Source of the DNA: an uncultured Sphingobacteriales bacterium
GTDB lineage: Bacteria; Bacteroidota; Bacteroidia; CAILMK01; JAAYUY01
Assembly (NCBI GenBank): GCA_964625265.1
Contig: CAZVAY010000001.1
Location: forward strand, 1 to 38,857
Direction: 5' to 3'
DNA: 38,857 bases
The notes beneath the pieces were generated by a model, which made no database searches, was not told the origin of the DNA, and saw only the letters and a program-made list of their open reading frames with translations. This document shows positions 17,167-25,741 of this stretch, in pieces (the stretch's first letter is position 1; each line of letters opens with the position of its first letter). Made by a program: the position numbers and the translations under genes.

Positions 17167-17943
17167 TCAGGCTTCCGTGGTAGTCTTAACTTTGGATTCT
17201 TCCTGGACATTATGTGCAAATTCATCATCAATCAATATCCTGCCACAGTTTTCGCAGGCAATGATTTTTAGATGAAGACGTACGTCCAACTGGCGTTGAG
17301 GAGGAACCTGGCTAAAGCATCCTCCACAGGAATCACGATCGATTGGTGCAACGGCCAGCCTGTTCTGATAGGTTGCCCTGACTTTTTTATAGGCTTTTAG
17401 AAGTCGTTCTTCTAAAACTTTTTCAGCGGTTTCCTTCAATTTGGTTGTTTCTTCCTCGTCTTTTTCCGTTTCACCAATGATCTCATTTAATTCTTTTTCT
17501 TTGGCTACCAGGTCTTTTTGTTTTTCCTGTAACTCTTCCTTTGCGTCTTTCTTTTGTTGTTCTTTCTCAGTAATTCCTGATTTAAACTCCTTGATTTTCT
17601 TCTCAGCAGCCATAATTTCCAGTTTTTGCAGCTCTATTTCTTTTGAAATAGCCACATATTCCCGGTTATTTTTTACATGCATTTGCTGCGATTCATATTT
17701 CAGCAGAAGCGTGTTGGCTTCACTGATTGCAGTTTTCCTTTCCTCAATTTTTTCTTTAAATTCCCCAATGGAAGTGTCAATATTTTCGAGCCTGGTATTG
17801 AGGCCTTCAATCTCATCTTCAAGGTCATGAACCTCCATCGGAAGCTCGCCCCTGATATTTTCAAGCTTGTCAAGGTAAGTGTCAATAAGCTGTAAATTGT
17901 AAAGAGCTGCCAACTGAGACTCAATAGCGGTCATCTTTTCCAT
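17167..17943 (-). CDS. COG1579-type coiled-coil protein with C-terminal C4 zinc ribbon
   Basis: 258 aa. A long Glu/Lys-rich coiled coil is followed by CGGCFSQVPPQ...IIACENCGRIL. The ATG shares one nucleotide with the stop of the Nif3-like gene (TAATG), which is the usual Nif3/COG1579 pairing. Confidence 0.8.
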   Translation of the reverse strand: MEKMTAIESQLAALYNLQLIDTYLDKLENIRGELPMEVHDLEDEIEGLNTRLENIDTSIGEFKEKIEERKTAISEANTLLLKYESQQMHVKNNREYVAISKEIELQKLEIMAAEKKIKEFKSGITEKEQQKKDAKEELQEKQKDLVAKEKELNEIIGETEKDEEETTKLKETAEKVLEERLLKAYKKVRATYQNRLAVAPIDRDSCGGCFSQVPPQRQLDVRLHLKIIACENCGRILIDDEFAHNVQEESKVKTTTEA

Positions 17944-19058
17944 TATAAATAATTAATAGGATTCGAAATAAGCATTGTTTTTGAGATGGCAAAGGTAGAG
18001 AATTTTTTGATTAATAATTGATACAAATAATCGATGAAAAACTGCTCAGTTTCATAATGGCCGGCATCAACTAAAAGCAGGTTTTTATTTGTGCCAAAAT
18101 AATCATGATATTTCAGGTCAGAAGAAATAAAAGCATCAGCTTCCGAACGAATTGCATCTCCGATCAGAAAACTGCCGGCACCCCCACAAACAGCGACTTT
18201 AGAAATTTTCTTTTTTGAAATATCCGAATGCCTGAGGGCTTTACAACCCAGGTTTTCCCTGACCATGTTTAAAAACTCTTTTTGTGTCATTTCCAGGGGT
18301 AAATCACCAATCATTCCACTGCCTGCTTTCTCATATTCATTGTCAAGTGGATAAATATCATAAGCCACCTCCTCGTAGGGGTGAACTTCTTTCATGGATT
18401 TTATTACTTTGTTTTGAAGGTAAGAAGGAACAACCGTTTCGATTTTCACTTCTTTTTGAACAGTCATTTTCCCTTGTGTTCCAATAAACGGGTTGGTACC
18501 TTCCAGGCCCCTGAATGTTCCCATTCCATCCGTATTGTAGCTACAGGAATCATAATCTCCAATAAAGCCGGCACCAGCTTCAAACATGGCGTTCCTGACC
18601 AGGCCGGGAACATATTGTCCATCTGATAGCTTAATGTCGGGACAAAATACAACCAGCTTTTTTAATTCACCTTTCAGGGGCTTCAAAACATTCAAATCTT
18701 TGAGCCCAATTTGTTCTGCAAGAAGACGGCTAATGCCCTGGTCGACATTGTCAAGGTTTGTATGTATAGCGTAAACAGCTATGTTGTGCCTGATGGCCCC
18801 GGCAATAATGTTTCCGGGATATTGGTCCGGGTTAATCTTTGTAATGCCACGGAAAATCAACGGATGATGCGAGATAATCAGGTCATGGCCGTTTTTAACA
18901 GCTTCTTCAAGAACTGCTTCTGTTACATCAAGGCAAATTAACGTTGACTCAACCTGTTTTTCAATATTTCCGATAATAAGGCCGGCATTGTCATAATCTT
19001 CCTGTAATGCGAGTGGTGCAATACTTTCCAGGAATGAAATAATTTCTTTAAGTTTCAT
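17943..19058 (-). CDS. Nif3-like dinuclear metal centre protein (YqfO-type with inserted PII-like domain)
   Basis: 371 aa with DYDNAGLIIGN, LIISHHPLIFRG, IAVYAIHTNLD and a C-terminal DAGHYETEQ. It has the long form with a ~100-aa central insert. Confidence 0.9.
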   Translation of the reverse strand: MKLKEIISFLESIAPLALQEDYDNAGLIIGNIEKQVESTLICLDVTEAVLEEAVKNGHDLIISHHPLIFRGITKINPDQYPGNIIAGAIRHNIAVYAIHTNLDNVDQGISRLLAEQIGLKDLNVLKPLKGELKKLVVFCPDIKLSDGQYVPGLVRNAMFEAGAGFIGDYDSCSYNTDGMGTFRGLEGTNPFIGTQGKMTVQKEVKIETVVPSYLQNKVIKSMKEVHPYEEVAYDIYPLDNEYEKAGSGMIGDLPLEMTQKEFLNMVRENLGCKALRHSDISKKKISKVAVCGGAGSFLIGDAIRSEADAFISSDLKYHDYFGTNKNLLLVDAGHYETEQFFIDYLYQLLIKKFSTFAISKTMLISNPINYL

Positions 19059-19080
19059 AAATAAGCAATTATACAGATTT

Positions 19081-19088
19081 CAAAATTA
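19081..19088 (-). promoter_or_regulatory. putative -7 box (TAATTTTG) upstream of the Nif3-like gene
   Basis: Minus-strand TAATTTTG fits TAnnTTTG and lies 23 nt upstream of ATG 19058. This is a motif match only. Confidence 0.3.
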
Positions 19089-19164
19089 ACCTGAATAATT
19101 CATAAAATTGAATTTTTCACCCAGGGGGTCGTAAAAAATCAATCATTTAATCCGGGAATAAGGG

Positions 19165-22100
19165 TTACTGGAAATTATAAGCTTTGTTTTTATTTCTAAA
19201 CAATTCTGCCCAGGTATCAAATTCTTCTTTGTAGAAAACCCCCATTCCCTGCCGGTTGATGTCTTGCTGGTAAATGGGATTATTGTCTGACCTGCTAAAT
19301 ACCTTTAACCTCAATTTGCTATCAGGTAATACTTTGTAATCAACCTGGAAATTAGCATTGATGTTTTCAATATCATAGCTGCCACTCAACTTCAACCTGT
19401 TATTAAACAGGCTGGTGGAAAGTAATATATCCAGTTCGCGTTGGTAGTTTTTATTTTCTGCCTGGTAATTTACCCCAAGCTGAAAGTCCTCGAAATATTT
19501 TGAGCCAAACTGACTGGTTATCTGTGAAACCCAGGACGAAACCTGTGAGGATATCAATGAGCCGACATTGGCATTAATACTATTGTCAAGGACCGCATTG
19601 TTTTGTGTGGCTATTTGTGGCAGGAAGCTGTTCAGGATCAAAAGGCTGATCACCTGTTTGTTCAATTCCTGTTCATCATTCTTAATGGCACGCACCTGTT
19701 GGTCTATCACATTGAATTGGGTTCCACTGATGGCATTCGAACTGAGAATTTCGAAATCAAGCTTAACATTTGGTGTGTAAAGATTGTCGGTCAGATAGAG
19801 CTTGGCTTCAACGGGTACTTTGGTACGAAATCCTTCGTTTTGATAATCGGAAGGTAACAGCTCATTGAGCGAAACCATCGTTTGATAGCCTGCTTCAATA
19901 TTGATGAAGGCATCCAGCGGGTCGCCCTTCCAGGTAATGGTACTGCCGTCTTTTACAATAAATTTTCTCTTTATCAACTCCAGTGCGGTGAATGTATAAT
20001 CTCCCGATTCTATGGTATATGTACCAAACATTGTTGTGTTGTAAAAGTTATCAATTTTTATGGCAAGGTTCCCATTCCCATTTCCTTTTATAATATCATC
20101 CGTGTTTGGGTCAAAGATCAATTGAATATCTGCATCAGGGGTAATTTCAAGATCAAGATTAACATAGATCCCACTTAATAAATCTTCCTTTATTTCTATA
20201 TCTTTTTTAACCAGCTTTTTATTGGTGTACTCAATAAAATTGTAATTACCCAAAGTGTTGTCATCGTAAGCTATCAGGTACAGTTCCGTATTCTTTTCGG
20301 AACGTGCCTGCAAATCCATCTTCATAAGTTCCAGTGGGCCGGTAATATCCAGTTTGCCCGATACAAATGCATGGCCGTAGTAGATGGTGTTGTCTTCAAC
20401 TGTGGTATTCAGCCCTTCAAAATTATTGGCGAACAGGTGCAGGTCGAAATTAAAATTATTGAAGTAATCATGGTTCACCTTGCCTTTTAATATAGCCAGG
20501 TTGTTAAATTTATCATATACCTTGATATTGTTTGCATATATCCCCTTTTCATCCATGGTTATTTTATCCGAAAAATGATAACGGGTCTTGAGATAATCTA
20601 CAGTGAAATATGCATTTGATATATTGGCTTCACCATCCACTTTATAATTATCGTAAGGCCCGTAAAACCGTGCGGTTGCATTAACGGTGCCATCAAGATC
20701 TGATGCAAGGTATTTAATAAAAGGATAGAAATTAGATGCATTGCTGTTAGGAACCGTAACCAGCAGGTCGATATCCTTATCTTCAACAAAATCAACATAG
20801 CCTGAAATATCCAGTACATCTTCCAGGTCAGGATTAGTCAGTGAGGCAAATATGTTATTGTTTTTGCCAGCCTTATCAAATGTTGAATAAATATTAAAAA
20901 TACCCAGGGTGTCTTCACCTTCATACACAAGTGGATTGACAATCAGGGCTGCGTCAAAATACAGGTCTTCCAGTACATTATAAATCACCACCTGCCCGTT
21001 CACGGGGCCTGAAAACATACTGAGGTTTACCGGAATATACTTTTCGAAAGAGGTAAAATCGGTTTGGTCAATCACTACACGCAGGGGTTCCGGGTTTTGC
21101 ATGGCAATAGTGCCAAGAATTTTAAGCCGGGTATTTTGACTATTGACCGATAAAAGCGGAATGGTGATTTTGGGAGAATAATCAATCCGGATATTTTCTC
21201 CCTCCATTGACCAAACCTGGTTGTCAGAGGTTATGAGTTCAGAGTTCTTTATTGTCACCAGAATTGAATCTCTGTTGAGGTTCAGGCCACCATTCAGCCT
21301 GATATGGTTATTGTATTTATCACCATAAAAATAGATATTGAATTCTGAAGTATCGGCCATGTGGTGTGTACCAAGATTAATACTACTGGCAATAACGGTG
21401 TCATTTAGCCTGACCTTGTCAGAAGAGATGTAGAAATCAAGGATGGAATCGTTTCCCGAAGAATTAACTATAAGACCGGAAATGTTTACATCCTTGTAAT
21501 GTAGCCACGAAATATTGGAATTCATCCTGAAAGTGTTGTCCGTCTGGTCAATATATCCGGAAATTGATGTATTGTTTCCGAATACGACAGGAATATCAAG
21601 CAATTCGTTAATAAAAGAGGTTTTTCGAAGCAAGATACTGTATTTGAGCTCTTGGTCAACAATATCCGGGTGTTGCTTAAGCCCAAAAGAGGGGTCAAGA
21701 TAACCGGAGAATACTGTTTCGAACAGCCCTGTCAAAGACAGTAAATTGTAATTGCCTTTAAGGCTTGCTTCAGCGAGGTCTGATTTCAGCTCAATTGATT
21801 TTCCGTCTTGTGTTTTTTCAGACGAAACCAAAAGGGTTTTTAGCGGGTATTCATTTCCGGTTGTTTTCAGCCCTGCGTTCAGTAACAAAATTTTTCCGGT
21901 CAGTTCATTGATAGATTCACCCATTAAGTTAAGATCGAGATAACCATTCAATGTCAGGCTGTCATTGACAAAGTGCAAGGCATAAAAATCTGCCCGCTTG
22001 ATTGCGGAGTTAAATTTAAAGTGGGGTACATCTCCGGTAAAATCAATTTTTCCGTTGAAGGCAATATTAAAATTCGGATCTGAAACATTCAGGTCGCCCA

Positions 22101-23577
22101 TGAAGATTTTCTTTTCCATATAGCCGTCAAAGTCCAGATTTTTATACGCATAATTGTTAAACTCGATATAATCGGCATGTGCGTCCAGGTCGGTTTTTAC
22201 ATCATTCAGGTTAATACCGGAACCAGAGACTTTTCCTGACATAGATATTTTTCCGATGGATGCCGTACTTTTTTCGAGAAATTTACCCATATCAAAATCT
22301 GTCAGCTTTATTTTTCCGGAATAGGTTGGAACTTTTGATTGGGGATTTATTTTAAAGTTGAGGTCAGATTCGATAATGCCTTCACCACTGTAGGCTTTTC
22401 CGTAAGTTACAAAGTCATTGACAAACCCGGTAAACCGACCCTTAAAACCATTTAATTGGGCTGTAAGCAATACTTCCGGGATGCTGGCCTCCGGTACCAG
22501 CCTGTTTATATCATTTAATGAAAACTCAAAATCTGTTGCTTTAACATCCATGAAAGTTTCCGGAATATCGGGTAATCCGTTAAAACTTACATCCCCTTTA
22601 AACCGGGACCTGTAACCAAAAAAAACATCCATATTGCTACAACGAAGGTTATCTACCGTGCCCGTAGCCAGGCCACTGATAAGCATTCTTTTTTCGTTGG
22701 TTTCAAACAATTGTGTAAAGTATTTCAGGTCATCCATATTGATATTGGATTTATAGATATCACCTTCCATGCGTACTTTTTGAATAAAATTTGAGAAATC
22801 CTGCCATCCGTGAAAATGAAATATAACCGAACCGGACAATTTGCTTTTCTCGGTAGTAATCAAAGTGTTGTTAAATGCAAGCAGGTTGGTGTCAACTGAA
22901 ATATCCGATTTCATATCGGTAAAGACCAACCCGTTCTGCTCAATGGCATAAAGTGTATCTACAGCCATTTGAATTTGGGTGGCGTAATTCTCCACATTGT
23001 ACGCAACAGCATAAATATCATGAATTTTAAAATCCTCCCAATTAATGATCCCGTATTCGTTATTTCGGGAAGGTAATTTATAGTGAAGATTTCCCCCTTT
23101 CAGGCCTATTTTTTTAAACAGTATTTTTTTTTGTGATTTACCGGAGTTGCTGTCGGCCTGCATTTTCCAGATCAGGTACTGAAAATTGAAAAATTCATCA
23201 GTACTGTACTGCCTGGCTTCGATATTGGCGTTTTCAAGGTCAAGTTCCCTGATGATCACCTTGCCCGGAGTTTGCCTGAACCCCCTGATATTCACCTTCA
23301 CTTTGTCGATATGGGCAAAAACCTGTTCTTTGTGATCAAAGATGTCGACATTGTGAAATTCAAAAATGCTATTGCTGTATTTTACAGTCTCGATTTTTGA
23401 TATTATATCGTATTTGGATTTTAGGAAAACTTCGGAAAAATAAGCCGCCTGTTTGCCCCCGGATGCCTTGTTAATAAAAATGACGGTAGTTATTGAAAAC
23501 AATGGAAAAACCAAGAAAAGCCCAATGACAATGTATTTTATATACCACGTCTTCTTATTTTTGCGGGCTTTCGGCAT
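19165..23577 (-). CDS. tamB: translocation/assembly module TamB-like protein (DUF490 C-terminus)
   Basis: 1470 aa with a single N-terminal TM anchor (WYIKYIVIGLFLVFPLFSITTVIFI). The rest is a very long Asn/Asp/Ser/Thr-rich beta-type sequence. The C-terminal block (LSGSYDIENINANFQVDYKV..LRLKVFSRSDNNP) is as in TamB/DUF490. It is divergent from tsaD, an arrangement I recall as common in Bacteroidota. Confidence 0.75.
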   Translation of the reverse strand: MPKARKNKKTWYIKYIVIGLFLVFPLFSITTVIFINKASGGKQAAYFSEVFLKSKYDIISKIETVKYSNSIFEFHNVDIFDHKEQVFAHIDKVKVNIRGFRQTPGKVIIRELDLENANIEARQYSTDEFFNFQYLIWKMQADSNSGKSQKKILFKKIGLKGGNLHYKLPSRNNEYGIINWEDFKIHDIYAVAYNVENYATQIQMAVDTLYAIEQNGLVFTDMKSDISVDTNLLAFNNTLITTEKSKLSGSVIFHFHGWQDFSNFIQKVRMEGDIYKSNINMDDLKYFTQLFETNEKRMLISGLATGTVDNLRCSNMDVFFGYRSRFKGDVSFNGLPDIPETFMDVKATDFEFSLNDINRLVPEASIPEVLLTAQLNGFKGRFTGFVNDFVTYGKAYSGEGIIESDLNFKINPQSKVPTYSGKIKLTDFDMGKFLEKSTASIGKISMSGKVSGSGINLNDVKTDLDAHADYIEFNNYAYKNLDFDGYMEKKIFMGDLNVSDPNFNIAFNGKIDFTGDVPHFKFNSAIKRADFYALHFVNDSLTLNGYLDLNLMGESINELTGKILLLNAGLKTTGNEYPLKTLLVSSEKTQDGKSIELKSDLAEASLKGNYNLLSLTGLFETVFSGYLDPSFGLKQHPDIVDQELKYSILLRKTSFINELLDIPVVFGNNTSISGYIDQTDNTFRMNSNISWLHYKDVNISGLIVNSSGNDSILDFYISSDKVRLNDTVIASSINLGTHHMADTSEFNIYFYGDKYNNHIRLNGGLNLNRDSILVTIKNSELITSDNQVWSMEGENIRIDYSPKITIPLLSVNSQNTRLKILGTIAMQNPEPLRVVIDQTDFTSFEKYIPVNLSMFSGPVNGQVVIYNVLEDLYFDAALIVNPLVYEGEDTLGIFNIYSTFDKAGKNNNIFASLTNPDLEDVLDISGYVDFVEDKDIDLLVTVPNSNASNFYPFIKYLASDLDGTVNATARFYGPYDNYKVDGEANISNAYFTVDYLKTRYHFSDKITMDEKGIYANNIKVYDKFNNLAILKGKVNHDYFNNFNFDLHLFANNFEGLNTTVEDNTIYYGHAFVSGKLDITGPLELMKMDLQARSEKNTELYLIAYDDNTLGNYNFIEYTNKKLVKKDIEIKEDLLSGIYVNLDLEITPDADIQLIFDPNTDDIIKGNGNGNLAIKIDNFYNTTMFGTYTIESGDYTFTALELIKRKFIVKDGSTITWKGDPLDAFINIEAGYQTMVSLNELLPSDYQNEGFRTKVPVEAKLYLTDNLYTPNVKLDFEILSSNAISGTQFNVIDQQVRAIKNDEQELNKQVISLLILNSFLPQIATQNNAVLDNSINANVGSLISSQVSSWVSQITSQFGSKYFEDFQLGVNYQAENKNYQRELDILLSTSLFNNRLKLSGSYDIENINANFQVDYKVLPDSKLRLKVFSRSDNNPIYQQDINRQGMGVFYKEEFDTWAELFRNKNKAYNFQ

Positions 23578-23620
23578 TAATAGATAGAATTAAAGGTCGA
23601 TAAAAATAAATAAAAAAATA

Positions 23621-24619
23621 ATGTGTACCATCCTCGCTCTCGAATCTTCCTGTGATGATACCTCTGCTGCAGTGCTCCAGAATGGCAAAATCCTTACCAA
23701 CAGGGTATCCGGGCAGGATGTGCATAAAAAATTCGGTGGGGTGGTACCCGAACTGGCATCAAGGGCTCATCAGCAGAATATCGTTTATGTGGTTGAGGAA
23801 GCACTAAAAGAAGCAGATATCAGCCTTGAATCCCTGGATGCCATTGGATTTACATCAGGCCCAGGGCTTATTGGTTCACTACTGGTATCGACCTCTTTTG
23901 CCAAAGGGCTGGCATTGTCGCTCAACATACCTCTTATCGGGGTAGACCACCTGCATGCACACGTGATGGCCAATTTTATTGACGAACCCAGGCCGGCTTT
24001 TCCCTTTCTTTGCCTGCTGGTTTCAGGGGGGCATACACAGATTATTAAAGTCAGTAGTTTCAATGATATTGAAATAATAGGCCAAACGCTGGATGATGCA
24101 GCAGGAGAGGCTTTTGACAAGGCAGCCCAGGTGATTGACATACCATATCCTGGTGGCCCGGGGATTGATAAATACAGCCAACAAGGCGACCCTGACTGGT
24201 ATTCGTTTCCGGAACCCAAAATTAAAAAATTCGATTACAGCTTCAGTGGGTTGAAAACAGCTTTTCTGTACCTTGTCCGGGATGAGTTGAAAAAAGACAA
24301 AAAGTTTCTGGATAAACATTTGGAAGACCTGTGTGCATCTTACCAACGAAGGATAGTTAACTACCTGGTTAAAAAGCTGGAATTGGCGTCCGAACATATG
24401 GGTATTAATAAAATTGCCCTTGCCGGAGGTGTGGCTGCCAATAGTGGCCTTAGAAAATTATTGGACCAGAAAGCTGCAGTCAATAACTGGAATGTGTATT
24501 ACCCGCAAATGCAGTATTGTACAGATAATGCTGCCATGATTGCCATTACCGCCATGCACAAATACAAAGCAGGTAACTTTGACAGTCAGAAAATAAAAGC
24601 ATACGCGCGGAGAGACTAG
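23621..24619 (+). CDS. tsaD: tRNA N6-adenosine threonylcarbamoyltransferase
   Basis: 332 aa with ILALESSCDDTSAAV, GVDHLHAHV, LLVSGGHTQ, DDAAGEAFDK, GGVAAN and CTDNAAMIA. It is full-length TsaD/Kae1/Gcp. Confidence 0.95.
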   Translation: MCTILALESSCDDTSAAVLQNGKILTNRVSGQDVHKKFGGVVPELASRAHQQNIVYVVEEALKEADISLESLDAIGFTSGPGLIGSLLVSTSFAKGLALSLNIPLIGVDHLHAHVMANFIDEPRPAFPFLCLLVSGGHTQIIKVSSFNDIEIIGQTLDDAAGEAFDKAAQVIDIPYPGGPGIDKYSQQGDPDWYSFPEPKIKKFDYSFSGLKTAFLYLVRDELKKDKKFLDKHLEDLCASYQRRIVNYLVKKLELASEHMGINKIALAGGVAANSGLRKLLDQKAAVNNWNVYYPQMQYCTDNAAMIAITAMHKYKAGNFDSQKIKAYARRD

Positions 24620-25182
24620 TTCAGGGAAGGGTTGACCGGATAATCAGCCCAAACTGTATATTCCTTTCGCCTGGAATTTTTAAGTTTATCGTTCCAGATA
24701 AACTCAGGATCACTGCTCATGATGTTTTGTATATCACCGGTGGTAACAACCCAGCTTTTTTCTTTCAATTCCCGGTCAAGTTGAAAGGGGGCCCAGCCTG
24801 AATAGCCGACAAAAAACCATAGATTGTCAGGGGTGAGTTCTCCTGTTTCAATCAGCATTTTAATAGTTTCAAAATTCCCACCCCAATAAAGCCCGTTAAC
24901 GATTTTTACACTATCGGGGATTTTCATTCCAGCGGTATGCAGATAAAACAGGGAGTTACTTTCAACAGGCCCGCCCAGGTAAAGATTATCATCAAATGCC
25001 GGAAACTCTTTGATAGCATCATTCACTTTGGTTTCCAGCGGTTTATTGATAATCAAACCGACAGAACCTTCCTCATTGTGTTCAGTGAGTAAAACTACTG
25101 AGCGGCCAAAATAGTAATCGTTCAGAAATGGAACAGAGATCAGTAAACGTCCCTTGGTGGGTTTGAGTGTGGTGGTACTCAT
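24616..25182 (-). CDS. YqgE/AlgH-family protein (UPF0301)
   Basis: 188 aa with GRLLISVPFLNDYYFGRSVVLLTEHNEEGSVGLIINKP, YLGGPV and GYSGWAPFQLDREL, which are the family signatures. Confidence 0.85.
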   Translation of the reverse strand: MSTTTLKPTKGRLLISVPFLNDYYFGRSVVLLTEHNEEGSVGLIINKPLETKVNDAIKEFPAFDDNLYLGGPVESNSLFYLHTAGMKIPDSVKIVNGLYWGGNFETIKMLIETGELTPDNLWFFVGYSGWAPFQLDRELKEKSWVVTTGDIQNIMSSDPEFIWNDKLKNSRRKEYTVWADYPVNPSLN

Positions 25183-25291
25183 AAAGCTAATTTTCTGTAA
25201 AATTAAGAATTTCGAAGTAGGGTTTCAAAATTTTTGCCAAATTTTAATTTTAATATTCCAATCGACCCGGGAATGGTGAATAAACGGGTAA

Positions 25292-25654
25292 CTAATTTTT
25301 AGCCATTGAAGCCACCAACAAAGAGCTGCCTATAAAAATCACATAAGAAGCAATGTATGATTTATTATGGCTGAATTCGGGAAGATAAATCAGAATAATA
25401 AACAGTGATATCATTAAGGCAAGTAGGAGTGAGGCTAGCCTGGCCCGGTAGTTCAGGATCATAGAAATAGCCGCCAGTATCATACAAACAGCAACAAAAT
25501 AAACCCAGAATTCCGGAAATGGAATATAGGATGGGACATATTCCAGGTATTTTCCAGGTTTGAAAAAATGATTGGCGCCAAAGCCAATAAAAGGAATGGC
25601 TACGAGCAACCGGCCAACAATAGCGAGAAATTTTTTAAATGATTCAGAATGCAT
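25292..25654 (-). CDS. DoxX-like small membrane protein
   Basis: 120 aa with four TM helices and an N-terminal GRLLVAIPFIGFGANHF resembling the DoxX motif. The support is weak and based on composition. Confidence 0.5.
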   Translation of the reverse strand: MHSESFKKFLAIVGRLLVAIPFIGFGANHFFKPGKYLEYVPSYIPFPEFWVYFVAVCMILAAISMILNYRARLASLLLALMISLFIILIYLPEFSHNKSYIASYVIFIGSSLLVASMAKN

Positions 25655-25741
25655 TTAGGTTCAATTTAATAGCAAAAATAAACAATTCATGTTGAACCCC
25701 AAAGAAACCTAAAGCCAAATGACTTTTCAAAGCGTTGAGCA

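Noticed and set aside
25658-25698. GGTTCAA / TTGAACC inverted repeat between the peptidase and DoxX genes, considered as a terminator
   Set aside because: It has a 7-bp stem with a 27-nt loop and no following T-run, so it is too weak to call.
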